Origin: Candidatus Shapirobacteria bacterium
Lineage (GTDB): Bacteria > Patescibacteriota > Microgenomatia > UBA12405 > BS750m-G30
DNA length: 44,227 nucleotides
NCBI GenBank assembly: GCA_016783425.1
Contig: JADHWP010000002.1
Location: 1 to 44,227, forward strand
Direction: 5' to 3'
In this document: piece by piece, positions 1-7,218 of the stretch
How the letters are laid out: every line of letters begins with the position of its first letter
How positions within the stretch are numbered: position 1 is the first letter of the stretch
Made by a program: the position numbers and the translations under genes
Notes under the pieces: model-generated
The model's input: only the letters and a program-made list of their open reading frames with translations
Told to the model about the DNA's origin: nothing
Databases searched by the model: none

Positions 1-129
1 TCCAGAGGCGGTATCAGGAGAGAACGATTATCCCTCTATCTTTCAGAATATGTTTGGCGGTATAATAACAGAGGTTTGTCGATTGATAAACAGATTAATA
101 AGTTGTTAGATTTAGTGGCAAAAACTTGA
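1..129 (+). mobile_element. 3' end of an IS1595-family (ISXO2-like) transposase ORF, 5'-truncated by the window edge
   Basis: Frame +1 is open from base 1 to TGA at 127-129 and reads SRGGIRRERLSLYLSEYVWRYNNRGLSIDKQINKLLDLVAKT. The L-YL-E-x-x-RYN-R tail resembles the C-terminus of IS1595/ISXO2-type DDE transposases. It is absent from the ORF track because it has no start in the window. Confidence 0.5.
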
Positions 130-386
130 CTTTACCCAAAGATACGCTTTTCCCACTTGGACAATTGCCTCCTTGCCTAAAACTTTAAGAAAGTTACATA
201 CTTACCACTCACAATTATTGTCTGATCAATTTGGGGGGACAAGCCAAGTAGACGAGGAAAGAGTACAAATGGTTTTTATCACTCCCCAAAAACGAAGGGA
301 ATTTCTGGAAAGATTTGTTTAAAAACCTAATCCAGTTTAAAAATTGCCCCATTTGGCAAGCAAATTTTGGTAGAATATAAATTGAA

Positions 387-1172
387 ATGACTTCAGTGAA
401 AACAATTGCCAAAATTATTGAGGAGTTAGCTCCGCTTAAATATGCCTATGAGGGCGAAGAAAGTGGTTTTATTTGGGGAAATGAAAACAAGAGGGTTTCA
501 AAAATTGGAGTTACTTGGAGACCAACAGTTGAAGTTTTGCGAGAAGTAAAACAAGAGAAAATTGACTTGCTGGTTGTTCACGAGCCACTACTCCAGAAAA
601 AGAAGGCTTTTTTATTAGACATTTCTCAGTTAAAATTCCCGCCAAATCAGATTCGGGAGTCCCTTCTTAAAGAAACAGGCGTTCTTGTTTATCGTGCCCA
701 TTCAAACTGGGATGATGCTCCCGGAGGAAGCAATGATTCTCTTGCTAAAGTGTTAGGAATCAAGGTAACAGAGAAAATTTCCTACGGAAGAATTGGGAAG
801 ATTCAAAAGATGAGTCTCCAATCATTCGTTGAACAGGTGAAAAGCAAGCTCGGTTCTCCAAGCGCATTGGTCGTCGGTAATTTAGATGAGGAAGTGGAGA
901 TTATAGCTACAGTTGCCGGTTCAGGTAATGAAGTTATTAGCCATATGGAGTTGGCAAAACAAAAAGGAGCTGATACCTATGTTTCAGGGGATATACGAGA
1001 CTCTACGGCTCGCTTTGCCCGAGAATTAAACCTTGCCCTTATTGATGTTGGCGGTTATTATACTGAACTTCCGGGAGCAAAAAATTTGGCTAAGCTCCTT
1101 TCTAAAAAACTTAAAGAAATAGGTGTAGAAGTTATTTTTTTGGACTCAAAGCCGGCTTGGGAAGTTATTTAA
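387..1172 (+). CDS. Nif3-like dinuclear metal centre protein (GTP cyclohydrolase 1 type 2 / NIF3 family)
   Basis: 261 aa. Family-typical motifs are VVHEPLL, RAHSNWD and the C-terminal GGYYTE. An extended -10 TGGTAGAAT at 368-376 lies 10 nt before the ATG. Confidence 0.8.
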   Translation: MTSVKTIAKIIEELAPLKYAYEGEESGFIWGNENKRVSKIGVTWRPTVEVLREVKQEKIDLLVVHEPLLQKKKAFLLDISQLKFPPNQIRESLLKETGVLVYRAHSNWDDAPGGSNDSLAKVLGIKVTEKISYGRIGKIQKMSLQSFVEQVKSKLGSPSALVVGNLDEEVEIIATVAGSGNEVISHMELAKQKGADTYVSGDIRDSTARFARELNLALIDVGGYYTELPGAKNLAKLLSKKLKEIGVEVIFLDSKPAWEVI

Positions 1173-1250
1173 ATTCGTTCACCTTAGAGGTGATCACTTA
1201 TTCACGCCTCTGGTAAATTCATTCAAAAACATAATCTAGTCCGAAAATCT

Positions 1251-2372
1251 TCACTTTCCCCATACCCCAGGAATTTGGGCGGGGCAGTTTGGGGCTTGGC
1301 CGGCCTGGTCAATGAGATTTTTTTCAATAAAATAGCCGCGGCGCTGGATAAGGGGCTGCCGATTTTGGGGACAGTAAGTAGTGCTTCCCTCTAAATCATC
1401 AATGTTACCGGTATAAACGTAATTAAGGCCTATCTCCAGGCAAATCTTTCTCGCTTCTTTTAGAGTTTTTTCCGGAGTGGGCGGGAGATTAAGCAGTTTG
1501 TATTTAGGCCAAAAGCGGGACAGATGAAGAGGGACATCAGGGCCGAGATTATCTTTAATCCAAGTACAAAGTTGGGCAACTTCTTCTAAGTTATCAGTAA
1601 ACCCGGGAACAACAAGATGTACCAGCTCCAGCCATTTGCCCGATTGGTGAACGGTTTTAATGGTTTCCAGCACTGGTTCCAAATTGCCCTTGATTAGGGT
1701 TTGGTAGGTTTCAGCCTTGATGGATTTAAAATCAATTTTAACCGCGTCAAGATAAGGCAGGAGTTGTTTTAAGGGTTCCTGGTTAATGTAGCCGGCGGTG
1801 ATAATAACGGTTTTTAAATTATTTTGTTTGGCAAGCTTAGCAATATCAAGCATATATTCATACCAGACAGTCGGCTCATTATAGGTAAAAGCAACTGCCT
1901 CGGCCTTGGCTTTTAAAGCCTCATCCACCACCTGCTGGGGAGTCATGTCGAGTGAGGCAAGATCTTCCGGTTGGCGGTGGGCAATGTCCCAGTTTTGGCA
2001 ATATTGGCAGTCAAGATTACACCCGGCAGTAGCTAAAGAGTAAATCTTGGTTCCGGGCAGAAAATGGTAAAGCGGTTTTTTCTCAATAGGATCAACATTA
2101 ATTGATACCGGTTTACCATAAACCAGGCTATAGAGCTTGCCGTTGATATTTTCCCTTGCTTTACAAATTCCTCTTTGGCCGGGGGCTAAAACACAGCGGT
2201 TAGGACAAAGTTGACAGCGGACATTGCCATTATCTAAAGTTTCATAAAAACTGGCTTCTTTTAAATCTTGAGGATTAGGAGTTTTTTGAAAACTAGCCTT
2301 TTGTTTGATAACGACCAAAACAGAAAGGAGCACCCCAAAAATGATCACTAACAGCCCAAGATTCTTTTTCAT
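1251..2372 (-). CDS. AmmeMemoRadiSam-system-type radical SAM enzyme (pyruvate formate-lyase activase-like), with N-terminal membrane anchor
   Basis: Contains CQLCPNRC...GICKAREN, DPIEKKPLYHFLPG and the radical SAM triad CNLDCQYC. The N-terminus MKKNLGLLVIIFGVLLSVLVVI is a hydrophobic anchor or signal. Confidence 0.8.
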   Translation of the reverse strand: MKKNLGLLVIIFGVLLSVLVVIKQKASFQKTPNPQDLKEASFYETLDNGNVRCQLCPNRCVLAPGQRGICKARENINGKLYSLVYGKPVSINVDPIEKKPLYHFLPGTKIYSLATAGCNLDCQYCQNWDIAHRQPEDLASLDMTPQQVVDEALKAKAEAVAFTYNEPTVWYEYMLDIAKLAKQNNLKTVIITAGYINQEPLKQLLPYLDAVKIDFKSIKAETYQTLIKGNLEPVLETIKTVHQSGKWLELVHLVVPGFTDNLEEVAQLCTWIKDNLGPDVPLHLSRFWPKYKLLNLPPTPEKTLKEARKICLEIGLNYVYTGNIDDLEGSTTYCPQNRQPLIQRRGYFIEKNLIDQAGQAPNCPAQIPGVWGK

Positions 2373-2395
2373 CTGCTTATTATATAATATCTTTA

Positions 2396-2842
2396 ATGAG
2401 CGATTTTAAGGTTTTGGCCTGGTTGGACTGTCCTTTCGAAAGAACCAATGATCCTTATCCGGGCTTGTGCGATCTTTATCTTGACACTAATCAAAACCAA
2501 ATTTGCGACCACAGCGAAGCTGGTAGTTCCTCTGTTTTTTGGTGGCTTTTTTTGCCGGCAGCCGCTTATTTTATTTACTGGTACCTGGTTAACAAAACTA
2601 GCTTGAGAAGAAAAAGAGGGTTTTTGAGCCTGGTGGGTTTTAAGTATTTTTGGAATTTGGTTCTGCTTCTCCTTTTTATCCCGGCCGGGCTTTTTGGTTT
2701 GCTCTGGGCTTTGGGAGTTAAAACCGAATTAATTTTGTCCTGGCATAATAATTTAGGAATTGTTTTTGTGGTAATTAGTCTGCTTCATATTTTTGGTCAC
2801 TTAGCCTATTTTTTAAAAACTTGGCGGATTTTTAGAAAATAA
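2396..2842 (+). CDS. Small membrane protein with Cys-rich N-terminus and His-containing TM helices (DUF4405-like)
   Basis: 148 aa. The N-terminus has C12, C25 and C37, followed by 3-4 hydrophobic helices, the last with HIFGHLAYF. TATAAT at 2383-2388 lies 7 nt before the ATG, suggesting a leaderless mRNA. Confidence 0.5.
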   Translation: MSDFKVLAWLDCPFERTNDPYPGLCDLYLDTNQNQICDHSEAGSSSVFWWLFLPAAAYFIYWYLVNKTSLRRKRGFLSLVGFKYFWNLVLLLLFIPAGLFGLLWALGVKTELILSWHNNLGIVFVVISLLHIFGHLAYFLKTWRIFRK

Positions 2843-3428
2843 TTAAGAGATTTCGGGCTACAAAATAAAAGCCGGCAATTATTCCCGCCAAGCGCCCCAT
2901 TTTTTGAATTAAAGGAAATTTAGTAAACACGCCAAAAAGAGTAGCTGGGATAAGATAAATACTGGTACCCACAAAAAAAGCCAGAAAATAAAAAAGAGAA
3001 TTAATAGCGCTTCTTAAACTAAAAACATGAGTCAAAGAAGCCATTAGCGGGGGACAGACATTAACTCCCGTTAAAAAGCCCAGTAGAAGCGGCCATTTAA
3101 TTTTTTGAAAGATTTTCAAAGAGCAGAATTTTTTATCAATTTGACCCAGGCCAAAAAGAATAAGCGTAATTCCCATCCAAAGATTAACCAGGGAAATAAT
3201 GGTGTGAATCAGCTGGCTCTGGATCTTTTGGCCAAGATAGCCGAAAGTGAGACCAAAAAGAAAATAACCGATTAGCCTGCCGGCCGAAAATTGCAAAACC
3301 AGGTAAAAGCTTTTTTTACCGCTTCTTTTTTGAGAGAAAAGGATAGGCAGAAAAACAGGCAGGCAAAGACCAAGGCAGTAAACCCCGACTGACAAACCGG
3401 TTAAAAAACCAAAAGTTAAATTTTCCAC
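2832..3428 (-). CDS. Polytopic membrane protein, TauE/SafE or DsbD_2-like
   Basis: 198 aa and about 6 TM helices. Cys pairs sit within helices (YCLGLCLPVF, GVNVCPP). It converges on and overlaps the previous gene by 11 nt. Confidence 0.5.
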   Translation of the reverse strand: MENLTFGFLTGLSVGVYCLGLCLPVFLPILFSQKRSGKKSFYLVLQFSAGRLIGYFLFGLTFGYLGQKIQSQLIHTIISLVNLWMGITLILFGLGQIDKKFCSLKIFQKIKWPLLLGFLTGVNVCPPLMASLTHVFSLRSAINSLFYFLAFFVGTSIYLIPATLFGVFTKFPLIQKMGRLAGIIAGFYFVARNLLIIF

Positions 3429-3500
3429 TGGTATATTTTAACCTTTTAATCTATCAAAAGCAGTTTACTAGTGGTAATTAGCGGAGTTTCTCGTGAACAA

Positions 3501-3540
3501 GCGTCATTCTGATCCCGACGTTACGTCGGGGGAAGAATCT
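3501..3540. repeat. REP-like imperfect palindrome (GTCATTCTGA family)
   Basis: gcGTCATTCTgatCCCGACGttaCGTCGGGggaAGAATct. The inner stem is 3514-3520/3524-3530 and the outer arms are 3506-3510/3534-3538. It shares the GTCATTCTGA head with the elements at 17929 and 24486. Confidence 0.6.
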
Positions 3541-3576
3541 AGCGAAGCGTGCTTGGTAATCTGGTACAATATCTCC

Positions 3577-4149
3577 ATGACCAAGGCAGGTGAATTAAAC
3601 AAAGGATCTTTTTTAAACTGGAAAGGGGATCCGGTGGTGGTTTCAGATAAGGAGTTTTTTAATCCGGGCCGAGGCCACGCCGTAGTTCGGTTGAAATTAA
3701 AAAATTTAAAATCCGGAAGAGTGATCAAAGAGACTTTAATCACTGATGAAAAGGTCGAGGAAATTGAAGTTACCCATCAGCGTTTTCAGTTTTTATACTT
3801 TGACGGTCTTCAGGCGATTTTTATGGATCCGAAAAGTTTTGAGCAAACCCTTGTGGAACGGAAAATAATTGAGGAAGAGGAAAAATATTTAAAAGCAGGG
3901 GAAGACTATGGCTTATTGTTTTGGGAAAACAGGGTGATTGGGATCAGCTTGCCTAAAAAAACTGTTTTCAAAGTTAAAGAAACTGAAAAAGGAGTGCGGG
4001 GCGATACGGTTTCCGCGGCGACCAAACCAGCCACCTTAGATAATGGGTTGATAGTAAAAGTTCCTCTTTTTATAAAGATTGGAGAAGAAGTAATAATTAG
4101 TACGGAAACGGGTGAGTATTTAAGCCGGAAAAACCAAAAGAAGTTTTAA
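3577..4149 (+). CDS. efp: Elongation factor P
   Basis: Reads MTKAGELNKGSFLNWKGDPVVV...NPGRGHAVVRLKLKNLKSGR..., with about 190 aa from the ATG at 3577. The track start at 3493 adds 28 non-homologous residues. The extended -10 TGGTACAAT at 3562-3570 lies inside that extension, 6 nt before 3577. Confidence 0.9.
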   Translation: MTKAGELNKGSFLNWKGDPVVVSDKEFFNPGRGHAVVRLKLKNLKSGRVIKETLITDEKVEEIEVTHQRFQFLYFDGLQAIFMDPKSFEQTLVERKIIEEEEKYLKAGEDYGLLFWENRVIGISLPKKTVFKVKETEKGVRGDTVSAATKPATLDNGLIVKVPLFIKIGEEVIISTETGEYLSRKNQKKF

Positions 4150-4754
4150 AACAAACTTTTTTGAGTTGGCTTTAACTCTAGGGGTTTAATTTTTTCAATT
4201 ATTTGAGGGATTTTTAGAAAATCATCTTTGAGTTGGCTCATCACTTCTCCTCTTCGAAAAGCAGCCGCCGGGTGAAAAAGAGGGTAGAGAGCCAGGTTTA
4301 AGTTTTGCCAAAGGATTTGTTTTAACTGCCCATGCATTCTGGAAATATAAGCTTGGGGAAGAAAGTAATTCATCGCAAAGCGGCCCAGGGTAATGATTAT
4401 TTTCGGCTCAATAATTAGTAGCTGCTCTTTAAGATGGGGAGTACACATCTTAATCTCCTCAGGTAGCGGATCGCGGTTATCAGGCGGGCGGTGTTTTAAG
4501 ATATTGGCCACAAATACTTCTTCCCGCTTTAAGTTAATTTCGGAGAGTAACTTATTTAAAAGATTGCCCGCCGCCCCGCAAAAAGGAATCCCTTTTTGGT
4601 CTTCCCAGTAACCCGGCGCTTCGCCAATAAATACTATCTGGGCGCTAGCGCTTCCTTGTCCGGGAACCGGGTTGGTGGCGGTTTGATAAAGGGGGCATTG
4701 CTGGCAAGTTTTTATTTTTTCGCCAATTTCCTGGAGTTTCCTGGTTTTATCCAT
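4146..4754 (-). CDS. Uracil-DNA glycosylase, family 4
   Basis: Contains CQQCPLY, GEAPGYWED, PFCGAAGNLL and FHPAAAFR. It converges on efp with a 4-nt overlap. Confidence 0.85.
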   Translation of the reverse strand: MDKTRKLQEIGEKIKTCQQCPLYQTATNPVPGQGSASAQIVFIGEAPGYWEDQKGIPFCGAAGNLLNKLLSEINLKREEVFVANILKHRPPDNRDPLPEEIKMCTPHLKEQLLIIEPKIIITLGRFAMNYFLPQAYISRMHGQLKQILWQNLNLALYPLFHPAAAFRRGEVMSQLKDDFLKIPQIIEKIKPLELKPTQKSLF

Positions 4755-5077
4755 TGGTTGATTTTAAAGCAATTTAAGGATTAATGCCAGGCAGTTTTTC
4801 TAAAAATCCTATAATATTGATTTTGGTAATTTAATTTGGTATTATCCTGCTTGTGAGCGAGACACCTCGAACAATAATTGGCATGAGTAGGGAACGAGAT
4901 ATTTAAGGAGAGGCAGTAATACTTTTAGCGACCTATAGAGATCTTTATGAAAAAGCAAGACAGGAAAGAAATCCTGATCCTTCTGAAAATATACTCGTTG
5001 TTGGGTTACAAGACACAACAAAACCAGCAAGGGAATTTGAAAAACCAGAAAATGGTTTAGCCGTTTTACCTTGTGTT

Positions 5078-5431
5078 TTGATTTATTATCCTAGTGATTC
5101 GTCAACAACTGTTTTAATTAAGGCCCTTGCCCAAGTTATTAATGATCAGGGGGGAAAAACTTGGACTGATTTGACTGCTACCTTAGCCTGGGATTCTGGC
5201 TTATTAAATGGGGAGGAATCTACCTTGAAGTATTATGGGTACAGTTTTTCTAGAAAGTTTTGGTTCGGGGCAGGAAATGGAGGTTGTGAAGAAGCAGTTG
5301 CTCTCCATCAGTTGGCCGCTTCCAGGGTTAAGAGAGCAGTTGAAGAAGGCGGATATAGATTTTGTAACGACTCTCATCTTCTATGCGCTCTTGACCTTAA
5401 TAGATATTTAAACCAAGGGGGTGAAAAATGA
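5078..5431 (+). CDS. Hypothetical protein; the reading frame stays open upstream to 4907 (see finding)
   Basis: The track ORF starts at TTG 5078. The same frame is open back to a TAA at 4904-4906 and reads protein-like sequence (ENILVVGLQDTTKPAREFEKPENGLAVLPCV). I recognise no family. Confidence 0.4.
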   Translation: MIYYPSDSSTTVLIKALAQVINDQGGKTWTDLTATLAWDSGLLNGEESTLKYYGYSFSRKFWFGAGNGGCEEAVALHQLAASRVKRAVEEGGYRFCNDSHLLCALDLNRYLNQGGEK

Positions 5432-5601
5432 AAAGGCTTTTAATTTTTCTGCTTTGTTCATGGTATTATTCTACTATACGATTTTTAAATTTACCCTAGT
5501 ACCACATTGGGTACGGGGTTTTGCAGTTACAGCAGGATTCCCCCGAGGAGTCAAAGCCCACCTCGGGGGAGAAGCTTATTGAAAGGGGGTGAGATGAAAA
5601 A

Positions 5602-6378
5602 ATGCGAAATGAAATGAAGTCCGCCTTTGGCGGAAAAAGTAAATTGATTATTCTAGCCGCTTTAATTTTGGCTCTTTGCGTGTTTGTTTTTGTTCCGGTA
5701 AAAGTAGTTGCCCGGGAAGCAACAGACAATCTTGGGCAGATTGATTATGCTCCGCGCCTTTTACCCACCAGTCCGTTTTATTTTTTAAAAGGGATTAAAG
5801 AAAATTTTGAGTTGATATTAGCCAACACTCCGGAAAAAAAGGTAGCCAAAAGAATGGAGATTGCCAACAGGAGGCTGGTTGAGCTAAAAGCCGTAGTTGA
5901 AGAAAAGCCGGAGCTGGCGGAAAAGTTAGCTGGGCGCTACGAGCAACAACTTGAATTACTAGGCCAGGAAGTAGAGCAAGTTGCTGAAGATAAAAGGGAA
6001 GAGTTTGCCGAGCATCTAAGCGAGGTAACTTTAAAACACCAAAGTATTTTGCTTGATGTTTATCAAAAAGTTCCCGAGCAAGGTAAAAAAGGAATAGAGA
6101 ATGCCATAGAGAAAAGTATTAATGGCTATCAACGAGCGATTGAGTCGGTTTCCGAAGAAAAGCAGGTACAGATAAAAGAAAAGGTTTTGGAGAGGAAAAT
6201 GGAAGTGATCCAAAAAATGGAGAGAACGGAGGAGCGGGTTAGGCAGGAAGTGAAAGAGGGCGGGGGCGAGGGAGTTGAGGTTTTACAAAGAGTTCGTGAG
6301 CAATTGAGGGAAAGCGCGCCTCTGAAAACTGGGGTCGAGGAAGTTAATGTTCAGTTAAAGCAGATCCAAGGGCAGTAG
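5602..6378 (+). CDS. DUF5667-type secreted/anchored coiled-coil protein
   Basis: A signal anchor (LIILAALILALCVFVFV) is followed by LPTSPFYFLKGIKENFELILA and a long E/K-rich helical region, which is typical of the DUF5667 family. Confidence 0.6.
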   Translation: MRNEMKSAFGGKSKLIILAALILALCVFVFVPVKVVAREATDNLGQIDYAPRLLPTSPFYFLKGIKENFELILANTPEKKVAKRMEIANRRLVELKAVVEEKPELAEKLAGRYEQQLELLGQEVEQVAEDKREEFAEHLSEVTLKHQSILLDVYQKVPEQGKKGIENAIEKSINGYQRAIESVSEEKQVQIKEKVLERKMEVIQKMERTEERVRQEVKEGGGEGVEVLQRVREQLRESAPLKTGVEEVNVQLKQIQGQ

Positions 6379-6426
6379 GTTTTTCTAAAACGTGGGGTTG
6401 GGCTTATAAAGGAACTCCTGCGAGGT

Positions 6427-6446
6427 AGTCCGCCAGCTGGCGGACT
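6427..6446. repeat. Perfect 20-nt palindrome inside a larger hairpin
   Basis: AGTCCGCCAGCTGGCGGACT is flanked by GGAAC...GTTCC arms. It is intergenic and not followed by a T-run. Confidence 0.6.
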
Positions 6447-6571
6447 TGAAGGTGTTCCTGCTGATTTGTTATTTTCCTGTTCGTCGAAGCTTTGGGGTTT
6501 AAATTAACCTCATAGTTAAAATTTGAATTTACTCTATGTTACAATAGCGGAAGCAGGGAGAATGGTTTGAA

Positions 6572-6796
6572 ATGAAAAAAAGAGTAAAAAAAACCAAAAA
6601 AATAGATATGATAAAAGCTATGAGCATTCCTCGATACCGGGGTAAACATGTTGTTGTTGCTGGAGGTAAGATTTTTACAGCCAAAACAGGGGAAGGGGCA
6701 TTGAAAATTTTAACTAGGGTGCGGAAAAAATATCCTGAAGAAATTCCGGCAGTTACTTATATTCCCAAGGCTGACACTTTGATTCTATGGCTTTAA
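6572..6796 (+). CDS. DUF5678-type small protein
   Basis: 74 aa with YRGKHVVVAGGKIFTAKTGEGALKILTRVRKKYPEE. Upstream are TGTTACAAT at about 6536-6544 and a GGGAG ribosome-binding site. Confidence 0.55.
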   Translation: MKKRVKKTKKIDMIKAMSIPRYRGKHVVVAGGKIFTAKTGEGALKILTRVRKKYPEEIPAVTYIPKADTLILWL

Positions 6797-7194
6797 AATT
6801 TAAATTTAGGAAAGAAAAATCTTCACTTTTAGGAGTAATTTATCGGCCAGTAGCCCAAATGCGTTTTTGGTCCGAAAATGGAAAGTATTGGACGGAAGTA
6901 TGGGTAATTGTTGATACTGGGGCTGATTATACTTTACTGCCCCGATTTCTTGCTCAAGATTTACAAATTGATCTGGAAAAAGATTGCCGGATTTATAGCA
7001 CTTTTGGTGTTGGCGGAAGCCAGCAGGTTTATTTTTTACCAAAAATAAAAGTTAAACTGGGCCAATGGAATCGAGAAATCCCGGTTGGCTTTCTCGATAG
7101 TGATGAAATTCCTCCCCTTGCGGGCCGCCATCTTTTTCTGGAGACTTTTGGAGTTTGTTTTTCCAAGAATCATATTGTTAGTTTTAGTAAATAG
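6787..7194 (+). CDS. Retropepsin-like (clan AA) aspartic protease
   Basis: 135 aa with the active-site motif VIVDTGADYTLLP. It overlaps the preceding gene by 10 nt. Confidence 0.65.
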   Translation: MALKFKFRKEKSSLLGVIYRPVAQMRFWSENGKYWTEVWVIVDTGADYTLLPRFLAQDLQIDLEKDCRIYSTFGVGGSQQVYFLPKIKVKLGQWNREIPVGFLDSDEIPPLAGRHLFLETFGVCFSKNHIVSFSK

Positions 7195-7218
7195 TGATAT
7201 TTGCAAGATGGAATTTTA

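Noticed and set aside
215-412. 65-aa minus-strand ORF overlapping the Nif3-like start
   Set aside because: It runs through the Nif3 promoter and start region, has no ribosome-binding site or promoter of its own and no recognisable motif. It is probably a chance ORF.
3493-3576. N-terminal 28-codon extension of efp in the ORF track
   Set aside because: The extension covers a REP-like palindrome and the TGGTACAAT -10 box, and EF-P homology begins at ATG 3577.
3504-4784. Antisense ORFs 3504-3743(-), 4393-4611(+) and 4596-4784(+)
   Set aside because: They lie entirely inside or against efp and the UDG gene, which have clear family motifs. Their translations are low-complexity.
4904-4906. Stop-codon reassignment or programmed read-through of TAA
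   Set aside because: TAA terminates many clearly delimited genes in this window (efp, valS, trpS, tpiA), and TGA and TAG are also used as stops. An alternative genetic code is therefore not supported.
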